Source: Candidatus Limnocylindrales bacterium
Lineage (GTDB): Bacteria > Chloroflexota > Limnocylindria > Limnocylindrales > CSP1-4
NCBI GenBank assembly: GCA_035759195.1
Contig: DASTVH010000216.1
Span: 1-32,268, forward strand
Length of the DNA stretch: 32,268 nucleotides
Reading direction: 5' to 3'
Position numbers and translations under genes: made by a program. The first letter of the stretch is position 1, and every line of letters starts with the position of its first letter. The notes below the pieces were generated by a model that was not told the origin of the DNA, searched no databases, and was given only the letters and a program-made list of their open reading frames with translations. Below are positions 7,388 through 15,252 of this stretch, piece by piece.

Positions 7388-7403
7388 AGGAGAGCCCCCA
7401 CCC

Positions 7404-7595
7404 ATGACGACCCCGAACATGCCGAGCCGGCTGATCGCCTCGATCCGCCTCAGCCCCCTCGACATCGTGATCGCCCGCCACGCTCACGCCCACGGCCACG
7501 GCGAACACGTCGCACCGACCCTCGGCTGCTACCTCTGCCTCCACGGCGTCCGGACCGAAGGCGCGGCAGTCCGCGAGCTGCGGCTCGCCGCATAG
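7404..7595 (+). CDS. Hypothetical 63-aa His-rich small protein
   Basis: AGGAG lies 11 nt upstream of the ATG at 7404; alternative in-frame ATGs are at 7362 and 7419. Translation is MTTPNMPSRLIASIRLSPLDIVIARHAHAHGHGEHVAPTLGCYLCLHGVRTEGAAVRELRLAA. GC3 is high in this frame. I recognise no family. Confidence 0.4.
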   Translation: MTTPNMPSRLIASIRLSPLDIVIARHAHAHGHGEHVAPTLGCYLCLHGVRTEGAAVRELRLAA

Positions 7596-7640
7596 GCCGC
7601 TTCCGCCTCCCTCGCGTTTCCCGGCGGCCCGTCAGCGCCG

Positions 7641-8153
7641 TCAGCGCGGCCGGGCGATCGAGGCGACCGTCGCGATCGTGAGGCGAACCAGATCCGACGG
7701 CGCGAGCTCGACCTGGAGCCCGCGCCGTCCGGCGCTGACGAACATCGTCTGTTGGCCCATCGCCGCGACGTCGAGGACCACCGGCAGCGTCCGGCGACCG
7801 CCCAGCGGGCTGATCCCGCCGACGACGTACCCGGTGGCCCGTTCGGCCTCGCTCGGATCGGCCATGATCGCCCGGCGGCCGCCAAGCGCGTCGGCGAGCC
7901 GCTTGAGATCGAGCTCTGCAGCGACGGCGACGATGGCCAGGACCAGCCGGCCGTCGACCGACGCCACGAGCGTCTTGAAGATCCTGCCCGGCTCGACGCC
8001 GAGGGCGGCCGCCGCCTCGTCGCCGTAGGCCGCACGACCCCCGCCCCTGTCGCGGCCGGCGCTGCCCGCCGGGCCCGCCTCGTACTCGCGCACGGCATGC
8101 GCCACGCCGGCCCGTCTCAGGACGTCGATCGCCCGCGTGCCCCTCGCGCTCAT
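7641..8153 (-). CDS. ybaK: YbaK/EbsC-family Cys-tRNA(Pro) deacylase
   Basis: Translation is MSARGTRAIDVLRRAGVAHAVREYE...IFKTLVASVDGRLVLAIV...GYVVGGISPLGGRR...MFVSAGRRGLQVEL. The KTL and GGISPLG motifs are typical of the YbaK trans-editing domain. I chose the ATG at 8153; the upstream ORF-track extension is Arg/Gly-rich. Confidence 0.85.
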   Translation of the reverse strand: MSARGTRAIDVLRRAGVAHAVREYEAGPAGSAGRDRGGGRAAYGDEAAAALGVEPGRIFKTLVASVDGRLVLAIVAVAAELDLKRLADALGGRRAIMADPSEAERATGYVVGGISPLGGRRTLPVVLDVAAMGQQTMFVSAGRRGLQVELAPSDLVRLTIATVASIARPR

Positions 8154-8272
8154 GCCCGCATCGTACGGCGGGCCGGCCCGACCGCGATCGGGAGCAGCCG
8201 CCGCGCCATCGCCGGGCCGCCCGACATGGGCTATGCTCCGGGGGACGAGTGAACGGCGCGCCGGCGGCGCGC

Positions 8273-9601
8273 ATGACCGCCCAGCACCAGGGCCCCGCGC
8301 GCCCACTCCGCGGCCGGCCCGCAGGAGACCAGTTGACCTTCGACTCGCTCGGCCTGTCGGCCGACCTGCTCACGACCGTGGCCGAAGAGGGCTACACCGA
8401 ACCGACTCCCGTCCAGGAACAGGCGATCCCGATCGTCCTGGCCGGCCGCGACATCCTCGCTGCCGCCCAGACCGGGACCGGCAAGACCGCGGCCTTCACG
8501 CTGCCGATCCTCGACCGGCTCCGCCACCACGCGAACACCTCGTTCTCGCCGGCACGCCACCCGACGCGGGTGCTGATCCTCGTCCCGACGCGCGAGCTCG
8601 CGATGCAGGTCGACGAGAGCGTCCGGACCTACGGCCGGACGGTCCCCCTGCGCTCGACGGTCGTCTACGGCGGCGTCCCGATGGAGCCCCAGATCAAGGC
8701 CCTCCGCGACGGCGTCGAGATCCTCGTCGCCACGCCCGGGCGCCTCCTGGACCTCATCGGCCAGCGGGTCGCGAACCTCGGCCAGGTCGAGGTCCTCGTG
8801 CTCGACGAGGCCGACCGGATGCTCGACATGGGCTTCCTGCCCGACATCCAGCGGATCATCGCGCTCCTGCCGGGCCGCCGCCAGAACCTGATGTTCTCGG
8901 CCACCTTCTCCGACGAGATCCGGCGCCTGTCCCGGACGATCCTGCGGGATCCCGCCGAGGTCCAGGTCGCGCCCCGCAACGCGACGGTCGAAGGCATCCG
9001 CCAGCTCGTCTACCCGGTCGATCGCGACCGCAAGGAGGCACTCCTCGCCCACCTGATCCGGACCCAGGACCTGCGCCAGGTGCTCGTGTTCACCCGGACG
9101 AAGCTGGCCGCCTCGCGACTCGCGTCGTGGCTCGATCGAGCCGGCATCGATGCGGTGGCGATCCACAGCGACCGTTCCCAGCCGGAGCGGACGCGCGCGC
9201 TGGAGGAGTTCAAGTCGGGCGAGATCCGGGTCCTGGTGGCAACCGATGTCGCCGCCCGCGGCCTCGACATCGAGGATCTGCCGCACGTCGTCAACTTCGA
9301 GCTGCCGTGGAACCCCCAGGACTACATCCACCGCATCGGCCGGACGGGGCGGGCCGGCGCGACCGGCGACGCGATCAGCCTCGTCTGCATCGACGAAACC
9401 GATCTGCTCCGGGGCGTCCAGCGGCTGCTGCGCAAGGCGATCCCCTGGACGGTCGAGGAGGGATTCGTACCCGATCGGAGCACCGAGCCGCGGCCGCTCC
9501 GGGGCGGGCCCGACACCGGTCGCGGCCGGGGCACCGGACGGGGCATCCACCATCCCCACCGCAAGGTGCCGCGGCGATCGGCGGGCGCGGCGCGCGGCTG
9601 A
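8273..9601 (+). CDS. rhlE: DEAD-box ATP-dependent RNA helicase (RhlE-like) with RG-rich C-terminal tail
   Basis: All helicase motifs are present: Q (TPVQEQAIP), I (AQTGTGKT), Ia (PTRELA), II (VLDEADRMLDMGF), III (SAT), V (ARGLDI) and VI (HRIGRTGRAG). The start is ambiguous between GTG 8249 and ATG 8273. Confidence 0.9.
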   Translation: MTAQHQGPARPLRGRPAGDQLTFDSLGLSADLLTTVAEEGYTEPTPVQEQAIPIVLAGRDILAAAQTGTGKTAAFTLPILDRLRHHANTSFSPARHPTRVLILVPTRELAMQVDESVRTYGRTVPLRSTVVYGGVPMEPQIKALRDGVEILVATPGRLLDLIGQRVANLGQVEVLVLDEADRMLDMGFLPDIQRIIALLPGRRQNLMFSATFSDEIRRLSRTILRDPAEVQVAPRNATVEGIRQLVYPVDRDRKEALLAHLIRTQDLRQVLVFTRTKLAASRLASWLDRAGIDAVAIHSDRSQPERTRALEEFKSGEIRVLVATDVAARGLDIEDLPHVVNFELPWNPQDYIHRIGRTGRAGATGDAISLVCIDETDLLRGVQRLLRKAIPWTVEEGFVPDRSTEPRPLRGGPDTGRGRGTGRGIHHPHRKVPRRSAGAARG

Positions 9602-9644
9602 CCTGGGCGGGCGGCGAAACGGGGCGGCGGGGATCCCCGCAGAC

Positions 9645-10223
9645 CTACCCGGGCGGCGGCCCGGGCGCGTCCCCGGTGACCGGCGGCGAAGCGGTCGCCA
9701 TCGCCGTCGCGGCCGGGCCCGTGACCGCCATCGCGGCGCCCGGGAAGAAGAACCCGAGCATCAGGTCGGCTTCGACGCGGTCGACCGTGTAGCGGTTCAC
9801 GAGGAGCTCCGCGGCAGTGGCCTCGCCGGTGTCGTCGCGATCGAGGAGCCGGATCCGCGCGTCGCGCAGGAGCACGAATTCACCCGTCGGGCGGGCGAGG
9901 GCCCGGCCCGGGTCGAAGCCGGGCATCGTCGGCATCTCGCCGTTGACCCGGTACGGACCGGCGTCGATCTCGACCGAGTGCCACTGGGCATGGACCGGCG
10001 CGTTGCCGGGTGCTTCGGGGACGACCAGGACCAGGTCGTCGACCGCGATCTCGACCCGGCCGGACGAGCGTTCGGGCGAGCCGTCGAGCGGCAGCCAGCG
10101 GGACGCCTCGACGGTGATCGCCGGCGACGCCTCGAGGGCGTCGCGGATCGACCCGGCACGGGCGAGAAGGCCAGTCAGTATTCCCCCGGCGGTGTACGCC
10201 TCGACCCGGATCGGCATCGTCAT
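9645..10223 (-). CDS. Hypothetical protein, no recognisable family
   Basis: Translation is MTMPIRVEAYTAGGILTGLLARAGSIRDALEASPAITVEASRWLPLDG...GEFVLLRDARIRLLDRDD...LVNRYTVDRVEADLMLGFFFPG. The composition is coding-like and GC3 is high. The start may be 10253, 10223 or 10217. Confidence 0.6.
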   Translation of the reverse strand: MTMPIRVEAYTAGGILTGLLARAGSIRDALEASPAITVEASRWLPLDGSPERSSGRVEIAVDDLVLVVPEAPGNAPVHAQWHSVEIDAGPYRVNGEMPTMPGFDPGRALARPTGEFVLLRDARIRLLDRDDTGEATAAELLVNRYTVDRVEADLMLGFFFPGAAMAVTGPAATAMATASPPVTGDAPGPPPG

Positions 10224-10349
10224 GCCCTCGAGCGTGCCTCGAGTCTCACCCATTCGCTGGAGAAGGCAACGGGCTCATCGGTACCGCGATACCGGAACGA
10301 TCGTCCTGGCGGCCGCTCGAGTCCGGCCACGCTCAAGGCCGGGCCGTGG

Positions 10350-11156
10350 TCAGGTGACGGATCGAGCGCCCGGCAGGTGGTCGACCCGGACGCCGATCGA
10401 GCGCACCGTCGGGACGCGGGTCGGCCGGAGCCCCGCGCCCGCCACGAGCCCGGCGAACCGGGCGGCATCGCGCGGCGCGCAGCCGCGCGGGTCGTTGTTG
10501 AAGTACACGTAGCAGTCCTCCTCGGCCGACCACCCGGCGGCGAGCCGGCCGGCCCACGTCGCGAGCGCCGTCCGCCCGTAGCAGGGCCGCGGCTGGGCAC
10601 GACCCTCGTGGAACCGCAGGTAGGTCCACGGCGCCGTCCGCCAGACCGGTGTGAGCGGCCGGCGCCGGTCGGCGAGACAGAGGGCCACGGAGCGATCGTC
10701 CAGCAGCCGTCGAACCTCGTCGCTGAACCAGCTCGGGTGGCGGAACTCGACCGCGACGCGGACGTCGCTCGGGAAGCGGTCGAGCGTCGCGGCCAGGCGG
10801 CCGACGTCGGCCCGCAGCTGCGGCGGCAGCTGGAGGAGGACCGGGCCCAGTTTCGGACCGAGCCCCGCGACGCGATCGAGGAACCGGGCGACCGGCTCCT
10901 CGGGATCGGCCAGCCGCTTGATGTGGGTCAGGAAGCGGCTGACCTTGACGGCCATGACGAAGTCGTCGGGCGTCCGCTCGGCCCACGCCTCGAACGTCCG
11001 GCGTTCGGGCAGTCGGTAGAAGGCGTTGTTCGACTCGACCGTCGCGAAGCGTCCCGCGTAACTCTCCAGCCACGACCGAACCGGCAGCTCCGGCGGGTAG
11101 ACCGGTCCGCGCCAATGGCGGTACTGCCAGCCCGAAGTCCCGATCCAGACCGGCAT
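10350..11156 (-). CDS. DUF72 (YecE-like) family protein
   Basis: MPVWIGTSGWQYRHWRGPVYPPELP...LESYAGRFATVESNNAFYRLP...FVMAVKVSRFLTH...GPVLLQLPP...VAVEFRH.SW matches the characteristic DUF72 signature (GTSGW.Y..W, E.N.TFY, QLPP, E.RH). Confidence 0.9.
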   Translation of the reverse strand: MPVWIGTSGWQYRHWRGPVYPPELPVRSWLESYAGRFATVESNNAFYRLPERRTFEAWAERTPDDFVMAVKVSRFLTHIKRLADPEEPVARFLDRVAGLGPKLGPVLLQLPPQLRADVGRLAATLDRFPSDVRVAVEFRHPSWFSDEVRRLLDDRSVALCLADRRRPLTPVWRTAPWTYLRFHEGRAQPRPCYGRTALATWAGRLAAGWSAEEDCYVYFNNDPRGCAPRDAARFAGLVAGAGLRPTRVPTVRSIGVRVDHLPGARSVT

Positions 11157-11174
11157 TCGACAGGTCGCGGCCGG

Positions 11175-11513
11175 TCAGCGGCGGTCGCGCTGCTGGACCG
11201 CCCGGAGCAGCTGCGCCTTCGACATCTTCGAGCGGCCTTCGATGCCCATCTCGCGCGCCTCGTGGTAGAGCTGGTCGCGCGTCCGGCCGCGAGAACCCGT
11301 GTGGGACCGGAGGCCGCCGCGCCGGCTCGACGAGAGATCCTCGAGCGACGTCCGGCTGGCGGTCGCCGCCTCGCCGGCCCGGGCTCGTTCCTTGTTGACC
11401 GTCCGCGCGGCGATCTCCTCGGCCTTGTCCTCGCTCGTCCCGCGCTCGAGCAGGCCGTCGCGGATGTGTTCGTACTGGCGTTCGCGTTTCGGCGACCAGG
11501 CTGACTGCGGCAT
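11175..11513 (-). CDS. Small basic protein with C-terminal Rho_N/SAP-like domain ('plasmid stabilization protein'-type annotation family)
   Basis: GGAGG lies 6 nt upstream of the ATG at 11513. Translation is MPQSAWSPKRERQYEHIRDGLLERGTSEDKAEEIAARTVNKERARAGE...TRDQLYHEAREMGIEGRSKMSKAQLLRAV, where the last segment is the Rho termination factor N-terminal-type helix-extended-helix. Confidence 0.8.
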   Translation of the reverse strand: MPQSAWSPKRERQYEHIRDGLLERGTSEDKAEEIAARTVNKERARAGEAATASRTSLEDLSSSRRGGLRSHTGSRGRTRDQLYHEAREMGIEGRSKMSKAQLLRAVQQRDRR

Positions 11514-11609
11514 CGGCTGCCTCCTTCGCTCGTGGCCCGCAGCATCGCCGCCCGAGCGGAGCCGTGGCGCCACCAGGGCGGCGGCCGGCCTATCAAGCGC
11601 GTGGCGCCC

Positions 11610-12098
11610 TCAGAGCTCCTTCACGACGATCTCGCCGGCCGGCCGGTAGCCGAGGCGGTCGCGGTAGAAGCGCCGCGCGTCGACGTTTCGGGCGTTGTAG
11701 TCGAGAACGGCGTACGTGCAGCCGTTCGCCCGCGACCAGTCCTCGGCGGCTCGCAGGAGCGCCGCACCGACGCCCCGGCGGCGGGTCGCCTCGGCGACGG
11801 CCAGCTCGGCGACGTAGCCGTAGCGGAGCGGGCGATGGGCACCGGCGGGCCGGGCGATCCGGACGTCGACAACGCCGACGACGCGGCCGTCGAGCTCGGC
11901 CACCAGCGTGGCGGCCTCGCCGGGCGGCGTGCCGGCCGGATGCTGGCGGCCGTGCCGGTAGTCCTCCGCGACGACCGCCGGGTCGAGGACCTCGTAGCGA
12001 TCCGGTTCCAGCGCGACGTGGTGGCGCGAGCTGTCGACGATGGCGACGGCGACCGCCGCCGCGTCCCGGGCGGGGTCCATCGGCCGAACCTCGATCAC
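11610..12098 (-). CDS. GNAT-family N-acetyltransferase
   Basis: Contains the acetyl-CoA binding motif A, ELAVAEATRRRGVGAALLRAAEDWSRANG, followed by YAVLDYNARNVDARRFYRDRLGYRP. The start is GTG 12098 or ATG 12080 (GAGG 8 nt upstream). It lies 4 nt downstream of the preceding gene. Confidence 0.85.
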   Translation of the reverse strand: MIEVRPMDPARDAAAVAVAIVDSSRHHVALEPDRYEVLDPAVVAEDYRHGRQHPAGTPPGEAATLVAELDGRVVGVVDVRIARPAGAHRPLRYGYVAELAVAEATRRRGVGAALLRAAEDWSRANGCTYAVLDYNARNVDARRFYRDRLGYRPAGEIVVKEL

Positions 12099-12102
12099 CC
12101 CG

Positions 12103-13482
12103 TCACCCTGCGCGCTGGCAGGCGTGGCACGGTCGGTCGGCCCGGAAGAGGATCTCGAGCAGGTCGTCGACGATCAGGGCCGGGTCCGCCCGGCTCTGGT
12201 TCGTCAGGACCGCGACGGTCAGCGATTCGCCCGGGAAGTGGCGGACGACCGAGCGGAACCCGAGGAGGCGCCCGCTGTGGCCGAACGTGAGGCGGCCGTC
12301 GATCGAGAACGCCTGCACGCCGAGTCCGTACGGCACCCGCGGCCGGTAGCCCGCCGTCGCGAGCACGCCGCCGAGCATCCGTGCGGTCATCTCCGGCCCG
12401 AGGACCTCGCCGGTGTAGAGCAGGCGGGCCCAGCGGGCCACGTCGGACGACGTGGCGGCAATCGAGCCGGCCCCCGCCGCCGCGGTGACGACCGAGGTGA
12501 ACGGGGCCACGCCGGTCCCGTCCGAGAGGTCGATCGGGGCGGCGCCGCGCGCGGCGCTCGCGAACCGGTAGCCGTGGGCGAGCGGCCGGCGCGGCTCCTC
12601 GACCGCCTGGTACCACGTGCCGTCGAACCCGTGGGGCGCCAGGATCCGGTCGCGGAGCGCCGTGGCGAGCGTCACCCCGCTCACCCGCTCGGCGATGAGC
12701 CCGAGGTACAGGTAGTTCGTGTTCGAGTACTTCCAGCCGGTGCCCGGCGCGAAGTACGGCTTGCCGACGTAGCGGAGCGTCCGCCGGACCGACCAGAAGG
12801 CGGCCGGCTCCGCCTGGAGCGCCCGATCGATCGGGGGATGGAGGAAGTAATCGTCCAGCCCGCTCGTGTGGTCGAGGAGCTGGCGGACGGTGATCCGCGC
12901 ATCGATCGCGGCGTCGGGCAGGTACCGCTTCGCTGACGCGTCGAGGTCGATGGCACCGTCGGCGGCGAGGGCCAGGATGAGCGCCGCGGTGTAGGTCTTG
13001 CTGACGCTGGCGATCGCGAAGGCGGTGTCGGTCTCGACCGGAACGCTCCCCGCGACGTCGGCGAGGCCGCTCACCCCGGTCCACGTCGTGCCGTCGCGGT
13101 AGACGATCGAGACCGAGAGCCCGGGGATCCCGAGCCGCTCCCGCGACTCGTCCAGCTGGCGCTGGAGGATGCCCTGGAGGGCGAGCGCGCGGAGCTCGGC
13201 GAGCGATGGGCCGGCGGGCGTCGGGGCGGGCGTCGGGGCGGGCGTCGGGGCGAGGCTCCCCGATGGCAGCGAGGCATCCGGCGGGCCGGATGCCGGCCCG
13301 ACCGACGCGCCGTCCGGGGCGGCCGAGCTGCCGGCGTCGACGATTGCCCCGACCGGGGGCGGCACGCTCGCGATGGTCGAGAGGCCGATCGCGCAGGCGA
13401 GCACACCGACGAGGGCGGTCGCCGCCGCGGCGACGCGGCGACCTCCCCGACGGCCGGGGCGCGGATCGGTGTGACCGGCCAT
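12103..13482 (-). CDS. Secreted/membrane-anchored serine hydrolase, beta-lactamase (class C / DD-peptidase) family
   Basis: The ATG at 13482 gives MAGHTDPRPGRRGGRRVAAAATALVGVLACAIGL (signal/anchor), then a PTPAPTPAPTPA linker. The SxxK active-site motif is in FAIASVSKTYTAALILAL. Later motifs are YSNTNYLYLG (Y.N) and FGHSG. Confidence 0.85.
   Translation of the reverse strand: MAGHTDPRPGRRGGRRVAAAATALVGVLACAIGLSTIASVPPPVGAIVDAGSSAAPDGASVGPASGPPDASLPSGSLAPTPAPTPAPTPAGPSLAELRALALQGILQRQLDESRERLGIPGLSVSIVYRDGTTWTGVSGLADVAGSVPVETDTAFAIASVSKTYTAALILALAADGAIDLDASAKRYLPDAAIDARITVRQLLDHTSGLDDYFLHPPIDRALQAEPAAFWSVRRTLRYVGKPYFAPGTGWKYSNTNYLYLGLIAERVSGVTLATALRDRILAPHGFDGTWYQAVEEPRRPLAHGYRFASAARGAAPIDLSDGTGVAPFTSVVTAAAGAGSIAATSSDVARWARLLYTGEVLGPEMTARMLGGVLATAGYRPRVPYGLGVQAFSIDGRLTFGHSGRLLGFRSVVRHFPGESLTVAVLTNQSRADPALIVDDLLEILFRADRPCHACQRAG
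13216..13251 (-). repeat. 12-nt x3 perfect tandem repeat (GGGCGTCGGGGC) encoding (PTPA)3 linker
   Basis: Read directly from the sequence: gggcgtcggggc gggcgtcggggc gggcgtcggggc. It is in frame within the serine hydrolase linker. Confidence 0.75.
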
Positions 13483-13591
13483 GATGGGGGGACGATAACG
13501 CGCCCGGCCGCCGACCCGGTGGCGAGCGCCCGGTCGGTCGGCGTCCGGAGCGCGGATCTCCGCGTCCGCCCGGGCCAGGTTGGAGGTGTCG

Positions 13592-13957
13592 ATGCTTCGG
13601 TCGATGGGGTTCCTCGGGGTTCGCACCGACGCGTACGAGGCGACGGTCGCGCTCTACCGCGACGTCCTCGGCCTCGAGCCGATCCTCGAGCGGCCCGGCG
13701 CGACCTGGTTCCGGGCGTCGGACGGCGCCCAGGTCCACGTCTACGGCCCGACCGACGAAGACCACGAGTTCTTCGGTCGCGGCCCGGTCGTGGGGCTCGT
13801 CGTCGACGACTTCGACGCGGCGCGGGCCGCGATGGTCGCGGCCGGGATCGAGTTCATCGGCGAGCCCCAGCGTGACGGCGAGTCGGCCTGGAACCACTAC
13901 CGCGGCCCCGACGGCAACGTCTACGAGATCATCGGGCCCGACCGGGACGCCCGGTGA
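13592..13957 (+). CDS. VOC/glyoxalase-bleomycin resistance-family protein
   Basis: GGAGG (13582-13586) lies 5 nt upstream of the ATG at 13592. Translation is MLRSMGFLGVRTDAYEATVALYRDVLGLEP...VHVYGP...VVGLVVDDFDAARAAMVAAGIEFIGEPQ...WNHYRGPDGNVYEI, the typical beta-alpha-beta-beta-beta VOC pattern. Confidence 0.8.
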   Translation: MLRSMGFLGVRTDAYEATVALYRDVLGLEPILERPGATWFRASDGAQVHVYGPTDEDHEFFGRGPVVGLVVDDFDAARAAMVAAGIEFIGEPQRDGESAWNHYRGPDGNVYEIIGPDRDAR

Positions 13958-15204
13958 CGGTGCTCGACGCGCCCGGCCTGCTGCGGGCGGTCGGCCTCCT
14001 GGCCGACGGACCCGTCGTCTGGGGCCGCCCGGTGCGGGCCCCACGGCCCGGCGTCTTCGTCGTCGAGCTGGCGCCGCCGGCCGCGACGGCGCCGATCGAG
14101 CTGACCCGCATCGGCAAGTGGGTCGAGCGCTTCCCGGGCATGCGGATCGACGGACGCCCGGCGACCTCCCGGGCCGTGGCCGCCCGACTCGCCGCCTTCT
14201 GGATCCCCTCGACTTCGGTCCTGTACGTCGGAGCGAGCACCGGCTCGGTGGCCGCACGGGTCGCGTCGATCGACCGGACGGTCCTCGGCGATCGGCGTCC
14301 ACACGCCGGCGGCCACTGGCTCAAGACGATCGCCGGGCTGGAGCGGGCGCGCATCTGGTGGGCCGCCACGGACGCGGTCGAGGAGTACGAGGACGCCCTG
14401 TTCGGCGCGTTCGCCATGGCAGTCCCGGCGGTCGATCGCGAACGCCTCCACGACCCGTCTTCTTTGATGCCGTGGGCGAACCTGAGGACAACCGCCGGCG
14501 AGCGCAAGGCCCACGGTCTCAGCGGGTACCTCGCCGTGGAGGACGCGGCCGCCGCCGCGCCGACGCCACGGATCGTGGACCTCGCGCCGGGTGTGGCGGA
14601 CGGGGCATCCGGGCTGCCGCCGACCCGCGCCGCCGGCGGCACGACCCGGCGAGCTCCCCGACCGACGAGCGGCGCGACGCCGACGCCCCGAACCCGGCCG
14701 GGCCGGGCGGCGAGGCCCACCCCGCCCCGGCCGGAGCCGATCTACCTCTCGGCCGAGGGGATCGAACGCCTGCGGGCCGAACACCGCGAGCTGACCGAGG
14801 TCCGCCGGCCGGAGGTGATCGGGCGGATCAAGGCCGCGAAGGAGCTCGGCGACCTCAAGGAGAACGCCGATTACACCGCCGCCCGCGAGGAGCAGTCGTT
14901 TCTCGAGGGAAGGATCGGGACGATCGAAACCCTCCTCCGGGACGCCACCCTGATCGAGGCGCCGGGCGCCGCGGCGGACGGCAGGATCGACCTCGGGTCG
15001 CGCATCTCGGTCGAGGAGGCGTCGGCGCCCGGCGAGGTGACGGTCTACGAGCTGGTCGGAACGGCCGAGGCGGATCCGGGCGCCGGCCGGATCTCGAACG
15101 CGTCGCCGGTGGGCCGGGCGCTCGTCGGACGACGGGTCGGCGAGACGGTCACGGTCCGGACGCCCCGCGGCGAGGTCGAGTACCGGATCGTCGCGGTCGA
15201 GTGA
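13954..15204 (+). CDS. greA: GreA-family transcript-cleavage/elongation factor fused to a ~260-aa N-terminal extension (GIY-YIG-like motifs + Pro/Arg/Thr-rich linker)
   Basis: The C-terminal ~155 aa form a complete GreA: IYLSAEGIERLRAEHRELTEVRRPEVIGRIKAAKELGDLKENADYTAAREEQSFLEGRIGTIETLL...ISNASPVGRALVGRRVGETVTVRTPRGEVEYRIVAVE. No in-frame ATG, GTG, TTG or CTG occurs in the 24 codons (SGATPTPRTRPGRAARPTPPRPEP) immediately upstream of the GreA domain. The GTG at 13954 overlaps the upstream stop (GTGA). Confidence 0.8.
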   Translation: MTVLDAPGLLRAVGLLADGPVVWGRPVRAPRPGVFVVELAPPAATAPIELTRIGKWVERFPGMRIDGRPATSRAVAARLAAFWIPSTSVLYVGASTGSVAARVASIDRTVLGDRRPHAGGHWLKTIAGLERARIWWAATDAVEEYEDALFGAFAMAVPAVDRERLHDPSSLMPWANLRTTAGERKAHGLSGYLAVEDAAAAAPTPRIVDLAPGVADGASGLPPTRAAGGTTRRAPRPTSGATPTPRTRPGRAARPTPPRPEPIYLSAEGIERLRAEHRELTEVRRPEVIGRIKAAKELGDLKENADYTAAREEQSFLEGRIGTIETLLRDATLIEAPGAAADGRIDLGSRISVEEASAPGEVTVYELVGTAEADPGAGRISNASPVGRALVGRRVGETVTVRTPRGEVEYRIVAVE

Positions 15205-15252
15205 TGGCCCCGGGTGCATCGGGGCCCGGGAGGCCGTGGGGCTCCGGCGACG

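Noticed and set aside
15206-15226. Hairpin GGCCCCG-N7-CGGGGCC between the convergent greA-fusion and membrane-protein genes, considered as a bidirectional terminator. A similar 6-bp hairpin lies at 10323-10342.
   Set aside because: The stems are short and have no U-tract, which makes them indistinguishable from chance hairpins in DNA this GC-rich. I did not list them as features.
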